Shown: positions 51,642 through 60,901 of the stretch, one piece after another | Numbering within the stretch: the stretch's first letter is position 1 | How the letters are laid out: each line of letters starts with the position of its first letter | Assembly (NCBI GenBank): GCA_016209145.1 | Contig: JACQWT010000051.1 | Coordinates: 1-62,033, forward strand | Length of the DNA: 62,033 nucleotides | Origin: Deltaproteobacteria bacterium | GTDB taxonomy: Bacteria; Myxococcota_A; Polyangia; Polyangiales; Polyangiaceae | Direction of reading: 5' to 3' | Translations under genes and position numbers: made by a program | Notes under the pieces: generated by a model | The model's database searches: none | Seen by the model: only the letters and a program-made list of their open reading frames with translations | Told to the model about the DNA's origin: nothing

Positions 51642-53020
51642 CGGCACGAGTGAGCATGGCGAGCCAGACGCCCGCCGTCACGGTGGTGGGCGGCGGCCTG
51701 GCCGGCTGCGAGGCGGCTCTGCACCTCGCGCACCGAGGCATCCCGGTGCGCCTCTACGAGATGCGGCCAGCGCGGCGCTCCCCCGCGCACGCGAGCGACG
51801 AGCTCGGGGAGCTCGTCTGCTCCAGCTCGCTCGGCGCCACGGCGCTCACGGGCGCCAGCGGGCTGCTCAAGGAGGAGCTCGCACGCGCCGGCTCGGCGCT
51901 GATGCGCTGCGCCGATCAGACGCGGGTGCCGGCCGGCGGGGCGCTGGCGGTCGATCGGCGGCGCTTCGCCGTGGCGATGACGGGCCTCGTGGCCGCGCAC
52001 GAGCGCATCGAGATCGTGCGCCGCGAGGTCGCGCGCATCCCTGACGAGCGGCCGGCGATCGTCGCCACCGGGCCGCTCACCTCGGATGCCCTGTGCGAGA
52101 GCCTGGCCCAGGCGGTGGGCGCGGAGCACCTGTTCTACTACGACGCCATCGCCCCCATCGTCAGCGCCGAATCGATCGACTGGTCTGTGTGCTGGAAGCA
52201 GTCGCGCTACGACAAGGGCGGCGCCGACTACGTGAACTGCCCCCTCGACGAGACCCAGTACCGCGCCTTCGTCGCGGCCTTGCTCGCGGCCGAGAAGGTA
52301 GCGCCACGACCGTTCGAGGAGCCCGTCTACTTCGAGGGTTGCCTGCCGTGCGAGGTGATGGCCGAGCGCGGGGTGGAAACGCTGGCCCACGGCCCGCTCA
52401 AGCCCGTCGGGCTGACCGATCCGCGCGCGGGCCGGCGGCCCTATGCCGTGCTCCAGCTCCGCGCCGAGGACGAGGCGGCGAGCGCCTTCAACCTCGTCGG
52501 CATGCAGACGCGCATGAAGCACGGCGAGCAGAAGCGCGTCTTCCGGATGGTGCCGGGCCTCGGGGGCGCCGAGTTCCTGCGTCTGGGAAGCGTGCACCGC
52601 AACACCTTCCTCAACGCGCCCGAGTTGCTCGACGAGACGATGCAGCTTCGCGCGCTGCCGGGCGTGTACGTTGCCGGCCAGCTCACCGGTGTCGAGGGCT
52701 ACGTCGAGAGCGCCGCCGGCGGGCTGCTGTGCGCCGTCACGCTGGCGCAGCGGCTTCGGGGCGAGCCCGTGCGCCCGCCGCCCGCCACCACCGCGCTGGG
52801 AGGCCTCCTCGGGTACCTGCGGCGCCGGCAACCGGCGTACCAGCCCTCCAACATCACCTGGGCGCACCTGCCGCCGTTGGAAGAAGGCGACCGGCGCCTG
52901 CGCAAGCGCGCGCGCTACCAGAAGGTGGCCGAGCGGGCGCTGATGGAGCTCGACTCCTGGCTGCACGAGGCGGGGCTGGGAGGCAGGAGCGCGGCCGAGC
53001 CGCGCCGGGGCTACGAGTAG
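51638..53020 (+). CDS. trmFO: Methylenetetrahydrofolate--tRNA-(uracil-5-)-methyltransferase TrmFO
   Basis: [39 protein letters not shown] and [21 protein letters not shown] 51638 overlaps the previous stop; the alternative ATG 51656 fits family N-termini better. Confidence 0.9.
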   Translation: MTARVSMASQTPAVTVVGGGLAGCEAALHLAHRGIPVRLYEMRPARRSPAHASDELGELVCSSSLGATALTGASGLLKEELARAGSALMRCADQTRVPAGGALAVDRRRFAVAMTGLVAAHERIEIVRREVARIPDERPAIVATGPLTSDALCESLAQAVGAEHLFYYDAIAPIVSAESIDWSVCWKQSRYDKGGADYVNCPLDETQYRAFVAALLAAEKVAPRPFEEPVYFEGCLPCEVMAERGVETLAHGPLKPVGLTDPRAGRRPYAVLQLRAEDEAASAFNLVGMQTRMKHGEQKRVFRMVPGLGGAEFLRLGSVHRNTFLNAPELLDETMQLRALPGVYVAGQLTGVEGYVESAAGGLLCAVTLAQRLRGEPVRPPPATTALGGLLGYLRRRQPAYQPSNITWAHLPPLEEGDRRLRKRARYQKVAERALMELDSWLHEAGLGGRSAAEPRRGYE

Positions 53021-53036
53021 GCCTTGCTACGGTGCC

Positions 53037-53456
53037 TCACGGCGTTGGTATGCGTTCACGCATTGCGGCGCTAGCAACGACGGCTCGCCGAGTCGGCCGC
53101 GATCGCGGCTTACGTCCTCGGCCCGGGTCCTCACGTTCGGGAGTACGCTGCGGCCCGGGCCTCCGGGCGCGCTCGCGCTCGCGGCCGCCTGACGATCCGG
53201 GTGTTGGAATGCGTGAACGGCTACCGGCGTTGACGTCCACGACCGCTCGGTCGTCGTCCACGGCGTACACGACCCGGTAGTCCCCGACGCGGATGCGCCG
53301 CAGGTCGTTGCGACCGACGAGCTTACGGCGCCCCGGCGGTCGCGGGGCCGCAGCGAGCGCCTCGATCCTCCGGAGAACGCGATCGGCCTGCCGCGCATCG
53401 AGGCCCTCCAACTCGCGCCGCGCGGACCGCGCGAGGACCACGCGGTACCTAGCCAC
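53037..53456 (-). pseudogene. RelE/ParE-family toxin gene with its 3' end replaced by read-through into the MITE
   Basis: GTG 53456. VARYRVVLARSARRELEGLDARQADRVLRRIEALA...LVGRNDLRRIRVGDYRVVYAVDD is RelE/ParE-like. After ...VVDVNA the frame enters the element at 53225. Confidence 0.65.
53047..53225. mobile_element. MITE-like element, copy B (179 bp, TIRs GGTATGCGTTCACGCATT / AATGCGTGAACGGCTACC, 6-bp TSD GGCGTT)
   Basis: GGCGTT at 53041-53046 and 53226-53231. The interior matches the reverse complement of copy A. Confidence 0.7.
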
Positions 53457-53646
53457 GGAGCTTGCCCAGCTTGCGGAGCCGGCGGCCGACGGACTCAATG
53501 GTCTCCCGGGGCTCACTCTCGCGCTGCCTCGCCACGATGGCGTCGTAGATGTCCTCCCAGAGCCCGGCGTGCCTCCTCAGGTCGAGCAGGACGGCGAGTC
53601 GCTGGCCTCTGTCGTCCGTCACGAACTGCAAGCCCGGAACGCCCAT
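53449..53646 (-). CDS. Small antitoxin candidate upstream of the RelE/ParE gene
   Basis: 65-aa ORF overlapping the toxin start by 8 nt, which is typical type II TA organisation. Family not recognised. Confidence 0.45.
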   Translation of the reverse strand: MGVPGLQFVTDDRGQRLAVLLDLRRHAGLWEDIYDAIVARQRESEPRETIESVGRRLRKLGKLRG

Positions 53647-53983
53647 CGTCTCCTCCGTCGCTCGACGAGCCAGATCCCCGACCCGTGCTGCGAACCTAGC
53701 ACCGAACCATGAGCCTCGCCACCCGGCGTCTCACGGGACGCCAGCGCCGACGCCCCGGCCCTGGCGTCCGTGGGGCGCATCGGCGATAATCATGCCGCGC
53801 ACGACGCGCTGCGCGGCGCCGCGCCGCGCGCGCCGCACGCTGATGCGTGTGGAAACCTGCTGCTCGAACGGCACGCAGGGCATGGGGCCTCGCGGCGGCG
53901 TCTTCTGCTACGCCGAGTCCCGTGGCAGCGGCGTGCTGTGCTGCCGCGACTGATCTAGCTGTGCGGGCAGCCTACGGCCGCCA

Positions 53984-54310
53984 CTACCCCCCCGCCACCA
54001 GCGCCAGCACGGCCACGCAGCCATCCTGCAGCGGCCTCGACCACGTCACGGTGCCGCGCAGGAGCAGTGGCATGCCCGACGGCAGCAGGACGCGCAGCAC
54101 GCACCGCATCCCGCGCTCGAGCGCGCAGTCCACGGCCACGCGGACAGTCCCGCCGCGCGCGCCGATGCTCACGCCGCTTCCGGGGGCGGGCTCCAGCACG
54201 TCCACGTCGGCGGCGATCTGCGACGGCCAGCTTCGTGAGGCGCGGCGCGGCACGGTGGGCGGCGCGTCGTCGGACGCCGGGGGCGGCGAGCTGGGGGAGC
54301 GGTCAGTCAT
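53984..54310 (-). CDS. Small PilZ-like protein (tentative)
   Basis: ATG 54310 within ORF 53984..54502. RRASR (RxxxR) is followed ~25 aa later by GVSIGARGG, loosely PilZ-like. Confidence 0.3.
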   Translation of the reverse strand: MTDRSPSSPPPASDDAPPTVPRRASRSWPSQIAADVDVLEPAPGSGVSIGARGGTVRVAVDCALERGMRCVLRVLLPSGMPLLLRGTVTWSRPLQDGCVAVLALVAGG

Positions 54311-54569
54311 GTCTTCTGCCTTCGCAAAGTCCGGGCCAGGGAGCGGCGGGCGCCCTGCGAGTCGGGCTGTCGCTAGGAGATCCACGTGGTTGCGTATCCA
54401 GGTCGCCGCCGCACGCAGCGGCCGTTTGCAGGTTGGACGGCCAGGCCCGCGCTTTCGGCCTACCGCACCCACGACAGTGCTGTCGCGGTGGGCTCGATCC
54501 ATGGGTTGCGCCGGCTACGCGGACGTTCAACCATGACGCACCGTGGACGGGAATACCGCCAGCCGTCGC

Positions 54570-54686
54570 GTAGCCGTTCACGGCATTTCCGTGCCGGCAA
54601 CGACGGCTCGCCGAGTCGGCCGCGATCGCGGCTTTCGTCCTCGGCCCGGCTCCTCACGCACAGGAGTACGCTCCGGGCCGGGCCTG
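54570..54686. mobile_element. MITE-like element, copy C (truncated or degenerate, one terminus only)
   Basis: GTAGCCGTTCACGGCATTTCCGTGCCGGCAACGACGGCTCGCCGAGTCGGCCGCGATCGCGGCT... matches copies A and B for ~115 bp, then diverges. No second TIR is present. Confidence 0.5.
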
Positions 54687-54702
54687 TGGAGCGCTGCTCC
54701 GC

Positions 54703-55506
54703 TTGCCAGTCCCTCGCGCTCGCATCGCCTCGGACGGGTCCCAGACCAACCCCGGCCCGAACGGCGGCGCGCCCGTTGGCAACAAGGTCTCGACGGCGCA
54801 CAATCCCAACAGCGCGGTCGACATCAAGAGCTGCAACGACCCGAGCTGCATCAAGGACTGGTTCGAGGCCGAGTACCGTCCCTTCAAGAAGGCCAACGAG
54901 CTCCCCGTCGCGCCCAACTGCGGCTCCGGCAACGCGGGGGGACCGCAGACCGCCAGGGACTCGGTCATGCTCAAGCTGCGCCTGCGGGCGCCGAGCAACG
55001 CGCTCAGCTTTTCCTTCAGCAGCTTCTTCCTGTCCGCGGAGTACCCCGAGTACGTCTGCTCGAGCTACAACGACCAGTTCATCGCCCTCGTGACCACACC
55101 GGGAGGCGCGCCCCAGCCGATCCCGAACCCGGTGGACAAGAACCTGATGGTCTACAACGACGGCCAGCAGAAGTGGCCCATCGGCATAAACATCGCCTAC
55201 GGCACGAATCTTTTCGCGGTGTGCGAGCCTCAGAACATCAACCCGGGCTGCTGGGACCAGAGCGTCAGCGTGAAATCCTGCAAGCTGGGAGACGCCATGC
55301 TCGCCGGCACGGGCTACGACAAGAAGAGCAACTGCGACATCGGCGGCGGGACGTACTGGCTCACGACGCACGGCAACGTCATTCCAGGCGACATCGTCGA
55401 GCTCCGCATCGCCATCTGGGACGTGGGCGACGCCCAGTTCGACTCGCTCGCGCTGATCGACGGCTTCAAGTGGCAGGCCAACGCCACCATCCCGGGCACG
55501 GAGTAG
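54703..55506 (+). pseudogene. Choice-of-anchor-L-like secreted-protein gene lacking its 5' end and signal peptide
   Basis: DSVMLKLRLRAPSNALSFSFSSFFLSAEYPEYVCSSYNDQFIALV is a typical choice-of-anchor L core. The ORF opens directly at the truncated MITE copy, with no signal peptide and only a TTG start. Confidence 0.45.
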
Positions 55507-55519
55507 CAGGCCCGCCGAC

Positions 55520-56350
55520 CTAGCCCCGGCGCAGCCGATCGATCTCCGCCTGCAGCTCCGCGACGCGCCGCAGGGCCTCGTCGCGCTCCTGCTCGGCGCG
55601 CTCCCGCTCTTGCTCGGCGCGCTCCCGCTCTTGCTCGGCGCGCTCCCGCTCCTGCTCGGCGCGCTCACGGCGACCGACCAGATCGCCGACCATGGCCTCG
55701 AGCCTGGCCACGAGCTCGTCGGCCTCTGGCAGCGGCGCCGTGCCGAAGTAGAAGCGCAGACGCTCGTCGACAAGCGCCAGATCGAGGCCGAGCACCGCCG
55801 AGCTGTACAACCCCTGCTGCGGCATGATGGCCTCGTAGCTGCGGGCCTCGACGCGCGGCAGCCGCCAGCCGTAGAGCCGGCCGCGGGTTCGGTCGAACAA
55901 GAAGTACTCGGGGATCCCGAGCCGCGCGTAGCGCCGGCGGTTGCCCTCGAAGTCCTTGGCGAACTCACCGCTGACGTGGATCTCCAGCACCAGATCGAGC
56001 CCCTTGCCCTCGTGGCTCACGACCCACGTGCTGCGCTCGTGCGGCTCCACGTCGAGCACGGCCAGCACGTCCGGGGCGAAGCGCGGCTCGCCCGGGTAGT
56101 AGACGCTGAGCTCCGAGGACAGGTACACCTTGCGCCCGATGCGGCGGTAGAAAGCGTCGAGCGCGCCGAGCGCGCGCGACTTGGCGAGGCGGTGGGCGTC
56201 GCCCTCGGGCATGAACAGCTCGAGCGGCACCTCGCACGGCAGCGCCGCCACGACCCGGCGGCGTTCTTCGGACGACATGCGCTCCCACTGCTCGGCCGTG
56301 GGCGCCCGAGGATCGCTGGCGTCGAGGTGAAAGACGACGGGTTGGGTCAT
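55520..56350 (-). CDS. Uma2-family endonuclease with a C-terminal heptad-repeat extension
   Basis: ATG 56350. FMPEGDAHRLAKS...FAPDVLAVLDV...LDLVLEIHVS...YARLGIPEYFLFD, then a C-terminal (ERAEQER)x4 and VAELQAEIDRLRRG. Confidence 0.7.
   Translation of the reverse strand: MTQPVVFHLDASDPRAPTAEQWERMSSEERRRVVAALPCEVPLELFMPEGDAHRLAKSRALGALDAFYRRIGRKVYLSSELSVYYPGEPRFAPDVLAVLDVEPHERSTWVVSHEGKGLDLVLEIHVSGEFAKDFEGNRRRYARLGIPEYFLFDRTRGRLYGWRLPRVEARSYEAIMPQQGLYSSAVLGLDLALVDERLRFYFGTAPLPEADELVARLEAMVGDLVGRRERAEQERERAEQERERAEQERERAEQERDEALRRVAELQAEIDRLRRG
55583..55672 (-). repeat. Four tandem 21-bp in-frame repeats (ERAEQER heptads)
   Basis: gcgctcccgctcttgctcggc is repeated head-to-tail. Confidence 0.85.
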
Positions 56351-56425
56351 CACCACCAGGATAGCGCGGACCGGGCCCGGTGTGCTACGCACGGGCCGTC
56401 GCCCGCCCTCTCACGCAGTCTCCTC

Positions 56426-59206
56426 ATGCCCGCCCGTCGTTCACCCTACCTCCTGCGAGCGCGCCTGCTCACCCCGCTGCTGTGGTTCTTTCTGGCCGGG
56501 TGCAGCCTCGATGCGCCGGTAGATCCGCCGACCGGCCCGGGCCGGCGGCCGCAAGGCGTGCAGGCCGAGCAGCGGGCTTTCGCGCTGCCCGACCGGCTCG
56601 ACCTGACGCTTCCCTGGGGCCCCGGCCCGGCCGAGGTTCGCTTTTCGCCCCCCGGCCTCGAGCAGGTGGCGGCCGGCCCGAGCGCCATCGCCGTGACGCC
56701 CGACGGCGCGGCGCTGGTGCTCGATCGGCTCGGCGGCCGCGTGCTGCGCGTGACCGGGCCCGGCGGCGTGGCCGAGCTGGCGAAGGTGCCCCGCGACGCC
56801 GAGGACCTCGGCGTGGGGCCGGGGGGCGACATCGTCGTCTTCAGCCCGCTGCGGGCCACCGCTTGGCTCTTCGGCGCGGACGGCCGTGCGTCGGGCGAGC
56901 TCGGGGTGCCGCGCGTCTTGCGCGAGATCCAAGGGATCTCGCTCGGCGTGTCGCGCCGGGTACTGCTGCGCACGGCCTACCAGGAGCAGCTCGTGCTCGG
57001 CAGCCCCGCCGCACCGCTCTCCCTCGCCGCCGCGTTGCGCACCAAGGCCGAGGGTGCCTTCGCGATCGGGAACGGCCGGACGGTGGCCGCCCGCGTCGAC
57101 GGCGAGGCCGCCGCGATCGTCGTGCTGGAGCCCGGGCCGGCGGAGGATCCGCGGGCGCGCGAGGTGCAGCGCCACCGCCTCCCGGGCGAGGCGAGCGCGG
57201 TTCGCCTCGTTGGCGCCGCGGGCTCGCTCGTGTGCGCGCGCATCGAGCGCGTGCGCTCGAGTCCCGAAATCGAGGTCGAGCGCCGCGCCGTCTGCCTCGA
57301 CGCCGGCACAGGCGACGTGCTCGCCGAGCTCGCCCTGCCGCCGCCCGGATCGTACGTGCCGCGCACCGAGCTCGCCGTTGGCGGCGCCGAGCTGACGGCG
57401 CGCAGGCTGCTCGCGGCCGGATGCGCGGCGCTCTGCGTGCTTGGCCTGGCGCCGCCGGCGCTCGCCATCAGCCGCGACGAGGTCATGGTCCGGGCCAAGG
57501 CATTCGCCTATCACCCCTGGACCTGCACCAACGCCAACCTCACCGCCCCGTGCAAGGGTGGCTACAAGAGCGCGTATGTGCCCGGCGACTACCTCGGCCT
57601 GCCCTACGACTGGGGCGGCTACATGACGCTGTTCGAGTTCGACCAGCAGATCGCCAAGGGCTACGGCGCGGGCTCCTACCCCCAGGACGGCGTGCTCGAG
57701 TGCACTGCGGGCGTCGACTGCTCGGGCTACGTGAGCAAGTGCTGGGACGCCGCACACTACGGGACGGCGTCGCTCGGCCAGATCTCGTCGGCCATCGACG
57801 TCTCGGCCCTGCTCGCCGGCGATGCGCTCAACAAGCCCGACTACCACGTCGTGCTCTTCAGCCACAAGACGGGCGGTGGTGAGCCGGTTTTCTACGAGGC
57901 CGTCGGATACAACGTCCACGTCAACGTCAGCGCCGGCTGGTCGTACGTCGCGGGCTACACGCCGCGGCGCTACCAGGGCATCACGGGCTCTTCCGCCGGC
58001 AACCCCGCGGGCACGCCGCTCAATCCCATCGTCATTGGCGCCCTGCCCTACACCGACCAGCGCGACACGACCGAGAGCGCGAGCGACGTGCTCGACGGCT
58101 GCGGCGCCGCGCCGAGCAAGCAGGAGTCTGGCCCCGAGTACGTCTACCAGCTCGACGTCAAGCAGCCCGGCACGCTCACGGCTGCGATCCAGGACGATGT
58201 CAACGTGGACATCGACGTGCACCTGTACACCTCGATGAACACGGGCGACTGTGTCGCGCGCGACGACAGCAAGCTCAGCTACCCGGTCGACTGCGGCACC
58301 TACTACATCGTCGCGGACACGTTCCACAGCGGCAGCAGCGGCAAGGACTACCCCGGACCCTACTCGCTGACCGTCACGCTCGCGCCCTCGGGCAAGAGCT
58401 GCGGCGGCGGCCCGCCCCAGTATGCCTTCGAGGGCGAGCTGGGCGATCCCTGCGCCTACCCCGGCGACGAGAGCCTGCCCTTCTGCAACCCGAACCTCGG
58501 CGCGGACACGTGCCTGTACGGTGATGCCACGAGCTTCTGCTCCAAGCCGTGCGACTCGGACGGCGACTGCAAGGGGCTTGCCGGCGGCTGCTGCGGCGAC
58601 ATCGGCCAGAATGAGCTCTACTGCCTGACCGCCGAGCTGTGCGGCTCCGGCCCGCCCGACGGCGGCTCCAGCTCCAGCTCGACGTCAAGCTCGGGCTCCA
58701 GCTCCAGCACGAGCTCCACCACGAGCTCGGGCTCCACGTCGACCGGCTCCAGCAGCGGCGGCGGCGCAGGCGGCGGCGTCGCGCCGGGCGGCGGCGGCCC
58801 GGGCACGGGCGGCGAGGCAAGCTCCACGAGCGGATCGAGCGCAGGGGGCAAGAAGCGGGGTGCGGACAGCGAGGACGAAGGCGGGTGCGCCCTGGCGCCC
58901 GGGCGAGGGCGCGGTGGGGGCGCGATGCTGTGGCTGCTCGCCGCCCTGGTCGCTCTGGCACGGGGCCGCAAGGCTGCGGGCGACCGGCTGCGGGCATGGA
59001 TCGGGGTTGGATTTCCTGGTCACCCGCTACCGGATTTTGAGAAGCTACGGAATTGGCCTGATATTTCTTCGTATTCCCGCGAGGCCGCGCGTGGAGCTCG
59101 ACTGGACCACCGTGGACAAGCTGGCCGCGATGAATACCGACTTCGAGAACTTTCTGAAAAACGTCACCTACGATCTTGGGACGGACATTCACCCGAAGGA
59201 GTATGA
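56426..59206 (+). CDS. Composite ORF: N-terminal lipoprotein region, then an NlpC/P60-like cysteine peptidase, a PPC-like domain, a Cys-rich module, a Ser-rich linker and a MYXO-CTERM-like tail
   Basis: ATG 56426 with lipobox FFLAGC. An internal signal-like TARRLLAAGCAALCVLGLAPPALA at ~57395. GVDCSGYVSKCWD...HVVLF (NlpC/P60-like). GGCALAPGRGRGGGAMLWLLAALVALARGRK near 58880-58975. The ORF then reads on into low-GC DNA. Confidence 0.55.
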   Translation: MPARRSPYLLRARLLTPLLWFFLAGCSLDAPVDPPTGPGRRPQGVQAEQRAFALPDRLDLTLPWGPGPAEVRFSPPGLEQVAAGPSAIAVTPDGAALVLDRLGGRVLRVTGPGGVAELAKVPRDAEDLGVGPGGDIVVFSPLRATAWLFGADGRASGELGVPRVLREIQGISLGVSRRVLLRTAYQEQLVLGSPAAPLSLAAALRTKAEGAFAIGNGRTVAARVDGEAAAIVVLEPGPAEDPRAREVQRHRLPGEASAVRLVGAAGSLVCARIERVRSSPEIEVERRAVCLDAGTGDVLAELALPPPGSYVPRTELAVGGAELTARRLLAAGCAALCVLGLAPPALAISRDEVMVRAKAFAYHPWTCTNANLTAPCKGGYKSAYVPGDYLGLPYDWGGYMTLFEFDQQIAKGYGAGSYPQDGVLECTAGVDCSGYVSKCWDAAHYGTASLGQISSAIDVSALLAGDALNKPDYHVVLFSHKTGGGEPVFYEAVGYNVHVNVSAGWSYVAGYTPRRYQGITGSSAGNPAGTPLNPIVIGALPYTDQRDTTESASDVLDGCGAAPSKQESGPEYVYQLDVKQPGTLTAAIQDDVNVDIDVHLYTSMNTGDCVARDDSKLSYPVDCGTYYIVADTFHSGSSGKDYPGPYSLTVTLAPSGKSCGGGPPQYAFEGELGDPCAYPGDESLPFCNPNLGADTCLYGDATSFCSKPCDSDGDCKGLAGGCCGDIGQNELYCLTAELCGSGPPDGGSSSSSTSSSGSSSSTSSTTSSGSTSTGSSSGGGAGGGVAPGGGGPGTGGEASSTSGSSAGGKKRGADSEDEGGCALAPGRGRGGGAMLWLLAALVALARGRKAAGDRLRAWIGVGFPGHPLPDFEKLRNWPDISSYSREAARGARLDHRGQAGRDEYRLRELSEKRHLRSWDGHSPEGV

Positions 59207-59331
59207 CGAGGTGCCTGATGATGCCGCTCGCTATGTCAAGGAGCGCAGAGCATGCAGGGGCACTTCTCGCTCGCCGGCGTAGTCCCGCGAACTGTTGAAG
59301 GTTGAGTGGCGGCTTCCACCAACCCGATCGG

Positions 59332-59856
59332 ATGATCGGGCTTGCAAAGGAGGTCGCCGCCCTGAAGGAAGCTGCCAGGAAGAGAGCCGCGAGGGAGGGG
59401 CCTGCCGCACAGCCGACGCTTCCGCTCGGCGCGGCGGTGCGCGAGTCGCTGCTGGAGACACTGATCGCGTCGGGGATGGCCCACGTCTACGAGGTGCTGG
59501 AGCGTGGGCGCGTCGCCGCGTGCGGACCGCGCCACGAGCATGACGCCGAGCGCCGGGCGCGCCGTGCGGGCCACACGCCGGGGGCGCTCGTCCACGGTGG
59601 CCGTCGCGTCGCGGTGCGCCGGCCGCGTGCGCGCACCGTCGGCGGCCGCGAGGTCGAGCTGCCGAGCTGGCGCGCCTGGTCCGACGAGGACCCGCCGCGG
59701 GAGCGCGCGATCGAGCAAATGGTCGTGTGTGTCTCGACCCGCCGGTACGACCGCTCGCGGGAGCCGGTCCCCGACGTCGTGCCCAGGGATGCCCCCGCTC
59801 GTCGCTGCTCTCCGTGCCCACGACGCGAAGCTCGACGGAGCTACGCGCCCAGTTGA
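59332..59856 (+). pseudogene. N-terminal fragment of an IS256-family (Mutator-type) transposase
   Basis: LLETLIASGMAHVYEVLERGRVAACGPRHEHDAERRARRAGHTPGALVHGGRRVAVRRPRARTVGGREVELPSW...VSTRRYDRS matches the N-terminal third of IS256-type transposases. The DDE region is absent. Confidence 0.55.
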
Positions 59857-60085
59857 CGCGCCCAAGAGGGCCGCGTAGCGATGCCGGTGCCGCCGCTGAA
59901 TTTCCACAGCGACCGGGACATCGCCCCCGCCGACTGATTTCTCAATTCCCGCGGCGGCCTCAGGGCTTCGGACGAAGCCGCGGGCGGCGTTTCCATACCC
60001 CGCCGCCAAGCTGTTGCGTTCCCTTCGGGATTCTCCGGCGGCGCCATCCGCGGCCGCGGCAAGGCAGCCCATGAAACCAAGGCGA

Positions 60086-60901
60086 TCAATCTGCGACCAG
60101 GGAGCCGCGGTGAAGCTGCCCCCGCAGCTCGGCGTAGCGGGCCGGTGAGAGAGCCGCGTTCCACGTCCGCCGCTTGCGCGAGAGCCACGAAAGAAGACGG
60201 CCAGGGTCAGTCGGCGGCGCCGCACGGGCTGCTTCGCCAGCCAGATTGGCAAGCCGGCCGACCGGATCCTTCTCGGAAGCTGCCTGCCGGCCCACGTCCG
60301 CAACCAGGGCGAGACGAAATGCGAGCACGGTCCAGCGCGCCACCGCGATGGTCTGCGCCAGTGAGAAGCCGATCGGGCCGCGCAGGTCGGTGGCGGCAAG
60401 CTCGGGATCGACGTCGAGCCGGTCGAGCGTCCAGCGAAGGAGATGGACGCCCGAGGTCCACTTCCCGCGCCGCTCGACGCACGTGCGGAAGTAGCCGCGC
60501 GACAGGCTCACCATGGCCACCTCGGCCCGGCAGCCCTCGACCCGGTGGAGCGCGGCCATGGTGGCGATCTTCGTGCCGAGGTGGCCGTAGTTCTGGACCT
60601 CCTCGATCACGGCGTCAGCCGGAAGCTGGCCGTTCGGCTTCTCGGCGAGACCCCGTTCCAACGCGCCGACGTTGGCCTCGGCTACGAGGACCGCGCGCTT
60701 CTTCGGGTAGACCTTGGCGTGCGCGGCCTGTTCCCAGGCAGCCGACTCGGCCAGGAGATCCTTGCGCAGCAGCAGGCCGCAGGTCGTGCGCTCGGGGTGC
60801 GAGAGGATGAGCCGGTGGCGCGTGCAGTAGCCGAAGGCGGTGCCCACGGGCCCGATCTGCAGCGGGTTGTGGCAGCAGTTGACGCAAGAGAGCGGCTGCA
60901 T
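60086..60901 (-). CDS. Hypothetical protein with an N-terminal Cys cluster (second gene of a coupled pair)
   Basis: 271 aa with protein-like composition. MQPLSCVNCCHNPLQIGPVGTAFGYCTRHRLILSHPERTTCG, then a helical region. ATG 60901 overlaps the stop of the upstream gene (TGATG). Confidence 0.5.
   Translation of the reverse strand: MQPLSCVNCCHNPLQIGPVGTAFGYCTRHRLILSHPERTTCGLLLRKDLLAESAAWEQAAHAKVYPKKRAVLVAEANVGALERGLAEKPNGQLPADAVIEEVQNYGHLGTKIATMAALHRVEGCRAEVAMVSLSRGYFRTCVERRGKWTSGVHLLRWTLDRLDVDPELAATDLRGPIGFSLAQTIAVARWTVLAFRLALVADVGRQAASEKDPVGRLANLAGEAARAAPPTDPGRLLSWLSRKRRTWNAALSPARYAELRGQLHRGSLVAD

Noticed and set aside
51344-52966. 540-aa minus-strand ORF opposite trmFO, and 54460..55968, 56441..58327 and 59236..60399 on the minus strand.
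   Set aside because: Antisense or out-of-frame GC artefacts. Better-supported genes or fragments occupy these intervals.
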